From the human T2T-CHM13v2.0 reference genome, Homo sapiens: a stretch of DNA of 64,000 bases. Positions 44,491 through 57,865 of this stretch are shown here, one piece after another (the stretch's first letter is position 1; each line of letters opens with the position of its first letter). Location: NCBI RefSeq assembly GCF_009914755.1, contig NC_060927.1; one strand, given 5' to 3'. The translations under genes were made by a program, and so were the position numbers. The notes below the pieces were generated by a model that saw only the letters and a program-made list of their open reading frames with translations, was not told the DNA's origin and did no database searches.

Positions 44491-44629
44491 GAGGCCAGGG
44501 GAAGATCACTGGACCTGAAGAGAAAATCCATAGTTGTTTCCAGATTGGGTAAAAAAGCAGTCAAAGTGAGTTCCTCCTGGTTAAATGCTATGTTAAATTA
44601 CTTGACTTCAAATCTGTAACAAATTTGGC

Positions 44630-44733
44630 TTTAGCTATATCTTAATATTGCTATTTAAAGTGAGATTATTGTAAACAAAATATTTAGCTATATCTTAATA
44701 GTGCTTTTTAAAGTGAGATTATTGTAAACAAAA
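44630..44733. repeat. 53 bp-period tandem duplication
   Basis: tttagctatatcttaata(t/g)tgct(a/t)tttaaagtgagattattgtaaacaaaa at 44630 and 44683. Confidence 0.95.
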
Positions 44734-45344
44734 AGAAATATTTAAGAAATGCAATGACAGGGAAGGAAAGTCTAAAGGGGTCTTTGGCACCTCATGTGTG
44801 CAGTCCCTGGGGAGGAAGCAGGAAGAATACACCTTCAAAAAGAAGTAAGAGCTTCTGCAGAATCCTTGAGAGGAGGACAAGTGAGCTGAAACATTTTGAG
44901 TTTGCTTCATTTTCAGCACTATTTTCAAACGAGAAAGACATTAGCAAGCGTTTGTGTAAGGATGGTATTGTGGAAATGTTGCTGCTAGACTCAATGACTT
45001 TGACTCCAAGACACATTTTCATCCTGATTTTTAAGACAGGGACGAAAGCATCTGGCATAAGTTTCAGGAAAGGTATAATCTTTTAGTTAGCTTGGAGGAA
45101 AAAAATAAAACAGCAACAAGTCAAAGGAAGAGCTGGTTAGACTTGGCAAAAGTTGCCACTTAGAGGAGGGTGATTGAGAGAGGCGGCTTGCATGCAAGAG
45201 TGTACATTGCCACTAATTCAGGATGCCTGGGAAATGGCAGTGCACCGGGTAATTGGACATTATGCTTTCCCAAGTGTTTCCATCATTATGCAGCACATGT
45301 GGATCACCAATTTTCGGATAAATGAAATGCCTGTGGAATCTTAA

Positions 45345-45510
45345 TATATTCAGAGATTGTCTGGTCTATGGCTTCCCCTCATAGATTAGGACGTTGAGGC
45401 CCAGTAAGGAACCATGTGTGTGAAGTCACAGCTAATTAGTGTTTTAGTCAAGATCAGAATCCAGATTTCATCACCTTTAGGTCAATATTTATTTCCACTA
45501 TCCCACATAA
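45345..45510 (-). mobile_element. MIR fragment
   Basis: tgaggcccagtaagg...gaagtcacagctaattagtg...agaatccagatttc. Confidence 0.7.
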
Positions 45511-46247
45511 TTGTGTCACTCTTACCATTCTTAGATATTTTTTGGTGATTAAGAATTGTAAGTACCTTGGAGGTTATCATTACTGATATCAGTTCTCCCT
45601 GGACCAGGCTAAAGGGTAGAAGTTATAGACATAGGAGATTGGGCTAAATCTCTTCTCACAAAATACAGTACCCCAAAACTTCCTTTTTAAATTAAACTAT
45701 TAATGATAGTCACTTGTTCATTTATCATTTCTCATAAACTGTCAGTGAGCAAAATACACAAAAGAAAGTGATTGGGCTTTGTGGGTGTGCAGAAAGAGTA
45801 TTTTTTGATAAAAATTTTAAAAATAAACTAGTTGTCTAAGAAAACATTTTATAATATGATTAAAGGGAGGTCATCTCATGTATTGGAAGCAGCTGCTCAC
45901 AGGCTGCACTTGTTGTTGCAAGGCTCTCAGAGTACAGGGTGACCTGACACCCAGTTGACATACTGAAAGGTACAAGTACACAATATGCTAGAGAAAAATC
46001 TGGGGAAAATTCTTCATTTGTGTAGGCCTTTGCCTCTGTAAGTCACAAAATCTGTAATCAATCTACCTTGAAGTCAGGACTGTTGTGATATATGATTTGG
46101 GGCATTACTAATTGTATTTGCAGATATAAACTTAAAAGCTACTTTAATGTGTACACATGTGCTTATGTGTAATCTCACTAAGAATCCTACATTAGTCTCT
46201 AAGACATAAAGGTAGAATTAAGGGTTGAGGCAACCTATAGTAGATTT

Positions 46248-46420
46248 CTAGAACAGACTTCTCAAATTCTAATGTGCATACAAATCAACTGGGGAACTTG
46301 TTAAAATGCAGAGTGGGATTTAATAGGTCTGGAGTGGGAACAGCTATTCACATGTCTAAACATCTCCCAGGAGATACTGATTGTTCTGGTCCATGGACTA
46401 CGTTTTGAGTAATAAGGGTT
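46248..46420. mobile_element. MER5B-type hAT-Charlie MITE
   Basis: ttctcaaattctaatgtgcatacaaatcaactgggg...ttgttaaaatgcaga...tggtccatggactacgttttgagt. Confidence 0.85.
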
Positions 46421-46619
46421 TTAGAAGAGTGGAAGGAAAGGGGAGGAGCAGAAAAGCTCCATTACTTAAACAAACCAAGTCCCTTTCTCTATTTTTGATC
46501 TATTTCTAACAAGACATGCAAATTACTACAGATTAAAGAGACTTTAAGAACTTGTGTCTCAAAGCCAATATATTTTGGTGCTAAAAAGAATGGATGTGTG
46601 CATGTATTTCAGAATCACC

Positions 46620-47220
46620 CCCAGTCTTTTTCTTTCCACACTGCAGCCATAATAATCTTTTAAAAACTCCAAATCATTATTTCTCTCCCTTTAAAAAAAA
46701 TATTTTAGTAGCTTCTTTTGTTGTACAGACAATGTTCAAACTCTTAAAGTAGTTCACAAACTTCTACTAGATGTGACTGCTACCTCATATCTGATCACTG
46801 TCCTCTTCATTATTTAAGCTTTAAACACAATGTACATCTACTAGTCCTTCAAGTACAATGTTTTATCCTCTCCCAGATTTTCACAATACTTTTCCTTCTT
46901 CCCGAAATACTCTTTGTCTTCCCCACTGCAATTCTCTACTTTTCTTTACTATTTCTTTTTCTTTCCCTGGGTAAGCCTTCTTTGATACCCATAGTCAGGT
47001 TTAAGAGCCTCTGCTATATGAACCTACAGCACCTTTGTTTTACCCTATCAAAAACCATCACATTGCCTCGGTCATTTTAATTGGAAGTTTCTCCCACTGT
47101 ATTCACATCTCCTCGAGGACAGAGATCATGTCCATTTTGCTTATTATTTTAGTTTATTTCCCTAGTTAGGCCCTCTTTAGACAAATAGTTAATATCTATA
47201 ACATAAATAAATAAGCAAGT
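46620..47220 (+). mobile_element. L2 3' portion
   Basis: tccacactgcagccataataatcttttaaaaac...ctcctcgaggacagagatcatgtc plus tail. Confidence 0.75.
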
Positions 47221-48039
47221 AACAGTTGCAATCCCTAGAAGACAGAGGGGGTGATGGATGGTGTAGGACATAGTCCAGAGAGAGCAGAACATTTTTGAGG
47301 CGGGGAGTAACCTAATAGGGCTTGGGGAGCCAGAGGCAATTTTCTAGAAGAGAAGGCCCAAGATCTGAAGTATGCATAATGGGCAATTGGAATTTCCCAA
47401 CTGGAAGGCAGAAATGAGGAAATTTCAAAGGGGTGATGAAGAATGTTGAAGACATAACTTACAGATCTAATTATGGTTTTCCTGAGGCTATTTAGACAAA
47501 ATAATGTAACATACTACCCAACAGAAAGCCTGAAGTAGTAATAGAGGGAAGGTAAAAGTGAGCAGAGACTGGAATCAACTGTTTTCCCCAAATCCTTGTG
47601 GAAGCAGAGGATCACTGCACTGGGAGGCATGAGAATGCTGACAGTGTGGATTTAGGAGGCATCTCATTGCTTAAATCTTTGTGACTGGAGAACAGGCTTA
47701 TAATAGCTTACAGAACGATAATAACTTTTTTTTTTTTGTGGGGCCCATGTGACAATTAAGGGCACATTTGTGAAATATTCTATGTCTGAAAGAATAGGCA
47801 GGAAACTAAGAGAAGAGATTCAAATGACTCCTAAAATAAAACTTGCCTTGGGCCTTAAACACTCAGGATGATTATTTATTACACAAATCAGGGAAATGCT
47901 TGTTAGTTTGGGATGGTGATGTTTTTGACGCTCAAATTGGATTTTATTTCTTAGGAAACCCCCTAAAACTTTTTTTGTCTTCAAGTTTTCTAATAAGTAG
48001 TGACCCTTTTGTCAAATAAAATATTATTCTGCAGCAGAT

Positions 48040-48424
48040 GATACTCAGAAAACTCATGTTGAAAATCAATTCCAGTCTTCTACCCTCTCCCAACACCCAT
48101 CAGCAAACTCTAAGGTCCTTCAGAGAGCCTCAAGGCTCTGGAATACACTACTAGAATCAAAATTCTTCCATTATTCCAGGAGTTTATTTTCCCCAAGCAT
48201 TTGGTGACTTATATTTGCATGAATCCCATGGGGATACTCAGAAAACTCATGTTGAACATCAATTCCAGCCTTCCACCCTCTCCCAACACCCATCAGCAAA
48301 CTCTGAGGTCCTTCAGAGAGCCTCAAGGCTTTGGAATACACTACTAGAATCTAATTTCTTCCATTATTCCAGAAATTTGTCTTCCCCAAGCATTTGGTGA
48401 CTTATATTTGCATGAATCCCATGG
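48040..48424. repeat. 193 bp tandem duplication (~94% identity)
   Basis: Copies start gatactcagaaaactcatgttgaa at 48040 and 48233; I count 11 substitutions and no indels. Confidence 0.97.
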
Positions 48425-49634
48425 ACTGCTTAGTGATATCTTGAAATTTTAAATTCAATTTTGACTCCAAATAAAATTTCCCAGTATGATTTATTTATAC
48501 ATGCAGATATATAGAATGTATGCATATAATATATGTTATATAATGTAAGTCATACATACATGAATGGTTGAACTACTTAACATAAGATATAAACAAATAC
48601 AAAGATTCAACAGATATCAAGATTTAAAGAAAAGAGGCAAAAAGGTAATTTTTCTAAATTTTAATTTTGCTTATTATTAATTACTACACAGAATTTTTTG
48701 TTTCTAATTTACTCTATATCTTTTTGAGCCAATGACCTTGCCAGCAAGTAATCATTATGGATTGATAATAAATCTGGCCTTCATGTTGGGACCCCCTATA
48801 AAATGTTTCTCATATGTTGCTCAACCTAAACAGGGTATATCATAGGAACAGCCTAAATATTTGCTGAAAAATCTACTGAATGAATGAGTGTTGGCTTCTT
48901 TTTTTTAAAAAAAATTTATTTTATTTTACATTAGGGTCTGGGTTGTAGAGCAAAGTGCTGTAGACCTGGAATCAGAAGGCCTGGGTTGGGGCCAACTGTA
49001 GGCAACTCTAGGGTCTTGTTTTATGATAGGTCTGCTTTTTATTTTTTGTTAAATGGAGGTAGCAAGCAACTCCTTAAAAACTATGTATTGCTCTAAATAT
49101 GCCAACGACTATCTTTGGTAGTAACTGTGTTCTTTTGATCTCTAGAGCACATAGTCTCTCAGGAATCCCAAATAGAAGAAAACACTTTTACTGGGTTTTT
49201 TTCCTTCCTATTCAGTATTTTCTTTGTTCAAATTCATTCCATTTGAAGATAGTAAATATGGTTTTATCTCCTGATATTCTCCCCAGTCAGGAATGTTTAT
49301 TTTAGTTACAATGCAGCTCTCTAACCACTTACTTTATAGAAAGAATTTTAATAACAATGAAATGATTTAAGTAAATACCTCTGCTAGTTAACAAAAATTA
49401 TTCCTTTACTAGCATCTGTAATTCCAAGCAAGAGTGTTATTTTTGGGGGGGGTATTGTTTGCTTATTTATTTATTTATTTATTTTATAAGATCAGCTTTT
49501 AAAAGACCTGTTTCTTAACCAGCTATTTCATGGGAGTATCACTTGACCTCTCTGTTGATTGGTTGTGTGACTGACCTTTTGCACTCAGAAAAAGAGTTAA
49601 TTTCTGTCAAAGTGCTGTAAAGATGAACAACTTA

Positions 49635-52490
49635 GAGAAAACTGAGAGCAAGATGGCCAACTAGAAGCCTCTACTGATCATCCTCCCTGCAGGAACAGCA
49701 AATTGAACAACTATCCACAAAAAAGCACCTTCATAGGAACCAAAAATCAGGTGAGGAATCACAATATCTGGTTTTAACTTCATGTCACTGAAAGAGGCAC
49801 TTAAGAGGGTAAGAAAGACAGTCTTGAGTTACTGATCCCCTCCCACATTCCCCATCAGCAGGTGCTTGGCACAGAGAAAGAATCTGTGTGCTTGGGGAAG
49901 GGACAGCACAGTGATTGTGGGACTTTGCATTGGAACTCAGGGATGCTCTGCTACAGCAGTACAAGTCAGAACTCAGCTGGCAGGAGCATTTAGACCAGCC
50001 CTAGCCAAAGGGGAATCATCAATCCCAGCAGTTGTAACCTGAGTTCCAGCAAGCCTCACTTACTGAGGGCTAAAGTGCTCTGAGGTTCTAAATAAACTTG
50101 AAAGGCAGTCTAGGCCATAAGGGCTGCAATTCCTAGGCAAGCCCTGGTGCTGTGCCGGGCTCAGAGCCAGTGGGCTTGAGGGGCATGCGACCCAGGGAAA
50201 CATGAGCCAGGCCAGCCAAGTAAGTTCTTGTGCCACTTCTCCCCCAGCCCCAGGCAGTGCAGCTCCCAGCTTTGATAGAGACTCCTTCCTTGCACTCGAG
50301 GAAAGGAGAAAGAAGAGTAAAGAGGACTGGTTTTGCAACTTGGATAACAAATAGGGCACCAGGCAGAATCCTGGGGCACACATTCCAGGCTCTAAGTCCC
50401 AGACAATATTTCCAGACACACCCTGGGCCAAAAGGGAACCCACTCTCTTGAAGAGAAGGACCCAGTCTTGGCAGGATTTATTATCTACTGAATAACGAAC
50501 CCTTGGTCCCTGAATAGTCAGCAGCGATAGCCAGTCAGTACTTGCTGTGGGCCCTGGGTAAGACTCAGAGATGTGCTGGCTTCAGGTGTGACCCAGCATC
50601 TTCCCAGCTATGGTAGCTATAAAGAGGGACTCCTTATGCTTGAGAAAAGGATAGTGCAGTGTAAAGGGAACTTTTCTTGCAGCCTAGATACCTGCTTGGC
50701 CACAGTAAGGTAGAACACCCAGCAGGCTCTTGGGGGTCCCTGATTTCAGGACTAGGCTCCTGGACAGCATTTCTGGACCCACTCTGGGCCAAGGCGAGCT
50801 CACTGCCCTGAAAGGACAGTCCCAGGCCTGGCAGCATTTACCATAGGCTGACTGAAGAGCCCTTGGCCCTTGAATAAACATCAGCAGCAGCCAGGCAGTA
50901 TTTGCTGCAGGCCTGGGGTGGTAGTAGCCATGGCGAGAGGCTCCTCCTATTGTGGAATGGGAAGGGAAGAGTGGGAGGGATTTCGTCTTGTGACATTGTG
51001 TGCCCACTCAGACACTGTAGAACAGTGTTAGGTAGATTCCAGAGGTTTCTGACTCCAGGACCTTGCTCCCGGGTGGCATCCCTGGACCTGCCTAGGGCCT
51101 AAGAAAACTTGCCAACCTGAAGAGAAGGACACAGGGCTGGCTGGCTTTGCCACCTGCTGATTGTAGAGGCTGGGGACTTTCAGCAAACACAGGTAGTAGC
51201 CAGGGAGTGGTTATTGCAGGCCTTTGGTGAAACCCAGTGCTGTGCTGGCTTCAGGTCCGACCTAGTGCAGTCCCAGTGGTAGTGGCCATAGGGGTGCTTG
51301 TGTTACCCCTCTCCCAGCTTCAGGAAGCTCAGCGCAGGAGAGAGAGACTCCATTTATTAGGGAGAAAGTAAGGGAAGAGAAGGAGAATCTCTGCCTGGTA
51401 ATCCAGAGAGTTCTTCCAGATCTAATCCACGACCACTAAGGTGATACCCCTATGAGTCTGCAAAAGCCACAGCTGATACTGGGCTTAAGATGCCCACTAA
51501 TGCAGATAGGGCTGCAGTGACCAGAAACTTAGATCACAACACCCAAGACCCTTTAAACCTGGAAAGCTTTCTCAAGATGGATGGGTATAAACAACTCCAG
51601 ACTGCAAAGACTACAATAAATACCTAACTCTTCAATATCCAGACACTAATGGACATCCACAAGCATCAAGACCATCCAGTAAAACATGACCTCACCAAAC
51701 AAACTAAATAAGGCACCAGTGACCAATCTCAGAGAGACAGAGTTATATGACCTTTCGGATAGAGAATTCAAAATAGCCATTTTGAGGAACTCAATGAAAT
51801 TCAAAATAACACAGAGAAGGAATCCAGAATCCTATCAGATAAAATTAACAAAGAGATGAAAATAATTAAAAAGAATCAAGCAGAAATTCTGGAGCTGTGA
51901 AATGGAACTGACATAATAGAGAATGCATCAGTCTCTTCCCAGCAGATTTGATCAAGCAGAAGAAAGAATTAGTGAGCTTGAAGACAGGTTATTTGAAAAA
52001 TATACAGTCATTTGCAACAACATGAATGACACTAGAGGTCATTATGTTAAGTTAAATAAGCCAGGGAAAGAAAACCTTTGCATGTTCTCACTTATTTATG
52101 GGAGCTAAAATTTAAAACAATTAAACTTAGGGAGATAGAAAGTAGAATGATGGTTACCAGAGGCTGGGTAAGGTAGTAGGGGGTAGGGTAGGGGCGTGGG
52201 GATAGCTAATGGGTACAAAAACATAGTTAGATAGAATGAATAAGATCTAGTGTTTGATAGTACAACATGGTGACTACAGTCAGCAATAATTTATTGTACA
52301 TTTAAAAATAACTAAAAGAGCTTAATTGGATTGTTTTAACACAAAGACAGGATCAAGTATTGAAGTGATGGATACCTCACTTACTCTGATGTGATTATTA
52401 TGCATTGTATACCTGTATCAGAATATCTCAACTCCATAGATATATACACCTACTATATACCCACAAAAATAAAAAATAAAAAAATTTAAA
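49635..52490 (+). mobile_element. L1MA2/3-type element: full 5' UTR and start of ORF1 fused directly to the 3' end
   Basis: 5' gagcaagatggccaactagaagcctc; ORF1 remnant DQAEERISELEDRLFE; junction at 52005-52010; L1MA 3' UTR and A tail; TSD aaagatgaacaactta/aatgatgaacagcata. Confidence 0.9.
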
Positions 52491-52734
52491 AATGATGAAC
52501 AGCATAATATATTGCATATTACTATACTGCTAATATGCCTTTCATAAATTGTACTGTAACACAAGATTTAAGAACCAATTTCAGAGTATAATACAGCAGA
52601 GTTAATTGAATGGTTGCACAGAATTTTGCTTTTCTTTATTTTTAAATTCTTCTTCGCTAACTAGCTTTGTCCAGTTTATGCTTAAGCAGAAGGCTGATAA
52701 CCTAAAATTTTCTGATTAGAGAGAAGATTATAGG

Positions 52735-52960
52735 AAGTAGCATATGTTGAGTTCCTATTATATGCCATATTATAAATTTGTTTAATCTTCATAATAGCTC
52801 TGGGAAATAGGTATTATCATTTCCATTTTACAAACTTAGATTCAAAGCTCAGTCAACTTAATAATCTCCCCAAAGTTGCACAACACAAAAGCAGTGTGGT
52901 TGGTATTTGAATTCAGCTACGATAACCCCAATCACGACCTCTTTCACTAATACCATTCAG
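52735..52960 (-). mobile_element. MIR SINE
   Basis: tttaatcttcataatagctctgggaaataggtattatcatttccattttaca. Confidence 0.78.
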
Positions 52961-54264
52961 TTTCCTAGGAGAAGATGAGAAAATAATTTGATAAAGATAC
53001 AGAATTTTAAAATTGTTATAGAACCTATGTATATACAGATTAGATTTTGATCTAATAAAGAACACTAGATTTTGAATAAACTTTATATGTAATAGAACAT
53101 ATTTGACTCAATTAGAAAATTAATGTCATTAAATATATATATATTTTACATACCTTTTGTATGGCAGGCAAAGGGCTAGTTACTTGATTTTCAACTGTAG
53201 CAAGGATATGATCTGCCTATAATATTCCTGGCAGTAGTCATTCAGGCTTAAATATTCCCAGATCTAAGCATCTGCCATCAAAACTCAGAAGATAAAAGCT
53301 GGACATTATATCTCTAAGATCTTGTTTAAATCTGAGTACTAATAGAAATAATAAATAAAACTAAGGCATCAGTTTTTTATTCTAGTGTAAGTCCTGAAAA
53401 AGCAAATAGTATGCTCTTTAGTTCATGATATTGTCTGAATTTGATGAACCCACCTATTCTTCCTTTTGGGGAGACAGAGTAGACATGAGGAACTAGAAGT
53501 CAATCTCATGAGTCTATGACTTAGTCCCTTCTCCATGTCATCTTCTTATCCAAATCGGGCAACTGCATCTAACAAGTGACAGAAAACACTCACAGAAGAG
53601 GTAGTCACCGAGTAAATCATTTAATCACTCCAAGCTTTGATTTCTTCAGTTAAAAAATATGAATCATGCATACTCTGCTCTGATTAAAATACAGATTCAT
53701 CCTTAACATTAGAAACATGCTTAAGCTCCACAGCCCACTCCTCTCACTCCAATAATAGGAATGGTTTGGTATCAGTGTGCAGAGAGTCTCAACGAAGCCC
53801 ACTGGGGATACAAAGTTTTGAAATTTTTAGACAAGTTTGTATTTCAGATTTGTTTCTAGACAATGGTAGGTAGTATTACATGGATGCTGAACCTTAAATA
53901 AGGATAATATCTGAATACTATTTTGCACCGAATTTACTGACTAGACATATGATTGATAATCTGAAATTTTTAAAGAGAATGTATCTATATTTTAATTACT
54001 ATGAAAGATTTCATGAATTCTGATTCATATAAATAATATATACATAAAAACATTTAAAATTAAATGCCCAGAAAGGGAGCCAGTGCCCTCTTGTCAAAAG
54101 CTTTTTTTGCTCATAGAAATGCTGGCAGGATGGTATATAATTAATGCTGCAGGAATGCTGCCAGTAACAGGATACAGTGAAACGTTAGATACCATTAAAC
54201 AATAATTGAACCTAAAGGCACAGGGTACAGAATACAACATTTCTGATTCAGCCCATTTGTCAAA

Positions 54265-54490
54265 AAATAATAACCAACATAATTTAATGAGTTCTTACAC
54301 TGCCAAGAACTTTGCAAATATTTCTCATTTGTTCTTAGAAAAATGCGTACAAGGTGGATGTATTTTTCCTTTATCTCGGGTTAGGAAAGTGAAGCTTCTA
54401 AAGGTCAGGAAACATGTGCATATGAATGAAAAGAGTACTGCTAGATGTATATATGTCTGTTTTCTTCCAGAGCTTTGATGCATCTCCCCT
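54265..54490 (-). mobile_element. MIR SINE (degraded)
   Basis: atttaatgagttcttacactgccaagaac...taggaaagtgaagcttctaaaggtcagg. Confidence 0.6.
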
Positions 54491-54799
54491 GAATTTAGAA
54501 AATAGGATGCATGTTCCCTCCGGGATAGGGTCTATGTATAGCATGGCAACTTATACAGTTGTATTTAGTACGGATGGAGATGGAATTCTAACCAAGGTGA
54601 GCTTGACTCTAACTCCAAAGCTTTCTTAGTCATTGTTTCACTTTATGAAATAGTCATCCCTTTGCTACTCATTTACTTCTCTGTACTTCATATGTAATTC
54701 TCTATTCTTCACATATTCTATATTAATTTTTCCTTTCTTTCTCATTTTGTACTCTGATTTTCTTAATGATATAACTCCACATTTGTTACCCTATCAGTG

Positions 54800-55154
54800 G
54801 ACGCTTTCCCAGAGGAAAAGTGCATCCTGTGTTTTTTGAGTCAGTGCAGTTATATCAAACTTCAGGCAGAAAACAAACATATACACATCGAGCAACATTC
54901 TTGTATCTGCAACCATATACCACTTTTTAGTTTACTGTATTTAGGCATTAAAAATTACTTTCTCTATTATATTGACAACGAGAGGCCACTGATTGTAAGA
55001 CACATCATAATTTTGAGTCACTTAGAAAGAAAAACATAGAAGCAAATGAATTACAACATGATACTTTCTTATCATCAATGATAAGATGCAATTTAATTTC
55101 AGAAATATTAATTCATGAAGAAAATGTGTGTCTTAAAATTGAGGAAATATGGTA
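54800..55154. mobile_element. Old TcMar-Tigger-type element end (Tigger13a-like)
   Basis: gattgtaagacacatc...taagatgca...atttcagaaatattaa...aaaatgtgtgtcttaaaattgaggaaatatgg+ta. Confidence 0.55.
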
Positions 55155-55284
55155 TCTCTTATGTAGCTCTCATACATGCTATATTGGATAAGTATTATTT
55201 TAATGGATGTAACTTACACACACAACTCACTATTCATCCAATATTTATGTAATTCCATTTCTAGAATGTGTGCACAGGCAGGTT

Positions 55285-55535
55285 AGCCCCATGGTTGATC
55301 AATAGACTCTGGAACCACTCTGTTTGAGTTCAAAATGTGCCTCCAGCACTTCCTAGCTGTATGACCTTGGAAAATTTCTTAACATTTCAGTGGATCACAT
55401 TCCTCATTTCTAAATTATTATTATTAATAATATTATATAATTCATAGGGCTATTGTGATGATTAAATGAATAAAACTGTGCCTTGTATATATTAAGTGTC
55501 TAAGTATTTACTATTAATATAGTTGTTATTATGAT
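55285..55535 (+). mobile_element. MIR SINE
   Basis: gactctggaacc...cacttcctagctgtatgaccttgg...catagggctattgtgatgattaaatga. Confidence 0.88.
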
Positions 55536-56618
55536 TACAGAGAACATGAAGACGTGAACTATATTGAAGTCCCTATGCAAATCTTCATAATGCCCAGGGG
55601 ACTCTATCTCAACTTCAAGATGCAAACCTTTACAAGCATGCAGCTGTTCCAGACATCAATAATGCATGCACAGTTCATAATCATACCAGTTATGTAACCT
55701 GTCGTGCAAGCCACATCTTCCAAGGCATGTATCCCCAGAGGACAGACAAAGCTATGCACAGAGAACCTGCTGTTTCTTAAGTATTTCCACTTCCCATAAA
55801 TTTACAATTAATATTAATCCTGATCTTGAAAATAAGCTGTGAACCAAAGCAAATCACCTTAAAAGCAGATTTTCATTAATGAGGAGATTTACTGTAAGTT
55901 TCTCAAAGCCTACCTTTCTTACTTGGCTTTTGTGAGAAATTGCAAATCTTTCCCTGGTGAGATCCATACCATGACTGCTGATACATGGTCGAGAGCACTT
56001 TTGTACTTAATTGGTGCAGAAATACAAGTAAAGGCAGAGCTGTGTTCACTTCCTCCTTCATTTCCTCTCTATTCCTTTTCTGTGATGTCACATACTGATA
56101 CAGCATCTACACATAGCCATGTGTCTAACAAACATATCTGCTCAAGGCTTAGTCAATCTTTGACCTTCCTCCTTCCTCATGCATACCTTAAGCATTAATT
56201 TAAGGTCAAGCACATTTACAGGTTCCCCAGCATGCCCTTTTCCATCTTTTGCTCCTCTATCCTTTCTCATTGTCCTTGGTCAGACTTGCTTGAACTATGT
56301 TTCTCAGAAAGGCAGATACGCTTACCCATGGCTCTAGCAAAAATTCCTTTTTCATTTTTCCATGGGTGCTGCAGTTATTTTAAACTTTGGTAAAAATAAG
56401 TGTATCTAGCACCCTGTTGCCCAAAACATCTCAGATGGGCTAATGGAGTTTTATTATGGAGGAAAAAACCAAAGTCACATATAAAGTACACGTACAAATA
56501 AAAGCATAATCACATTCATTTCTTTTGTTTATTTTTCCTCTATTTACTCATTTTTATATAAAAAGATAATAGAGACAGCATTATACAGCAGAGACAAGTG
56601 TAACCTAACCCCATGTAT

Positions 56619-56914
56619 ATATATATATATATATATTTTTAAATTATACTTTAAGTTCTGGGATACATGTGCAGAACGTGCAGGTTTGTTACTTAGGTAT
56701 ACATGTGGCATGTTGGTTTGCTGCACCCATCAACCCGTCATCTAGGTTTTAAATTCCGGATGTGTTAGGTATTTGTCCTAATGCTCTCCCTCCCCTTGCT
56801 CCCCACCCCTGAACAGGCCCTGGTGTGTGATGTCCCCCTCCCTGTGTCCATGTGTTCTCGTTCAACTCCCACTTACGAGTGAGAGAATGTGATGTTGGTT
56901 TTCTGTTCCTGTGT
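56619..56914 (-). mobile_element. L1PA8-type 3' end with (TA)n-converted tail
   Basis: ttatactttaagttctgggatacatgtgcagaacgtgcagg...cgtcatctaggttttaa; TSD ctaaccccat(g/a)tat. Confidence 0.93.
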
Positions 56915-57502
56915 CTAACCCCATATATTTTCATGGGGTTTCACGGGGTTACATTTATTCACAGAAACAGATAATAGATGTAAGTCAAGAACTATGGAAT
57001 TGTCTAACTGTGAGTCTGTGTCCTAGCCCACTTGATACTTCTTATAAGAAGTACCCTTCTTCATAAGAGCCCTAATCACCCTAGAACACACAAAAATGAT
57101 CTCATTTTTTTTAGTATTTTTCCATGATAGCCTACATAAAGGGCCATTTAACAAGGTGAGTCATAGTGCTGAACGTGCTAATGGTATATGCGGCCACAGA
57201 CTTAATATTGTTATGTAAGGTCTCCCCAGTTGAGTTATCATACTAACATTTTTCTGTATAAAGTGGAGGAGTGAAAGTTATGACATTCATTGATAACTAT
57301 CAAAGGCAACTAAGGCAGTCTGCGTTGTCAGCATGTTTTGTGGTCTAACCACTTCTAATTTTGCTTTTAAAAATTTCATCTACTTTTTCTTTGATATTTA
57401 GAATCCTCTGACCTAAGTTTTCCCACCTATCAATTTAGACAGCATGCTATGTATTCTGGTTTCTCTGAAATAATTTATGATCTCAGTTCTTAAAATTGTA
57501 TG

Positions 57503-57865
57503 TAATATGGTTTGGCTGTATCCCCACCCAAATCTCATCTTGAAATGTAGTTATTATCCCTACATGTCGTTGCGGGGACCTGGTGGGAGGCAACTGAATC
57601 GTGGGGGCAGTTACCTCCATGATGTTCTCATGATAGTGAGTGAGTTCTCGTGAGATATGATGGTTTTATAAGGGGCTCTTACCCCACCTTCATTCTGCAC
57701 GTTTTCCTGCCACCATGTGAAAAAGGATGTGTTTGCTTCCTCTTCTGACATGATTGTAAGTTTCCTGAGGCCTCGCAGCCAGCTAAACTGTGACTCATTT
57801 AAACCTCCTTCCTTTATAAATTACCCAGTCTTGGGTATGTCTTTATTAGCAGCATGAGGAATACA
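57503..57865 (+). mobile_element. THE1C-type MaLR solo LTR
   Basis: atatggtttggctgtatccccacccaaatctcatcttga...aaattacccagtcttgggtatgtctttattagcagc; perfect TSD gtatg. Confidence 0.93.

Noticed and set aside
44754-45086. 110 aa ORF in unique sequence with overlapping antisense ORFs
   Set aside because: No recognisable domain, promoter or splice context; length is within chance expectation.
50050-51330. GC-richer region with recurring ~300-350 bp similar blocks and several ORFs
   Set aside because: Internal repeats of the L1M 5' UTR; CpG-depleted, so not a CpG island or gene.
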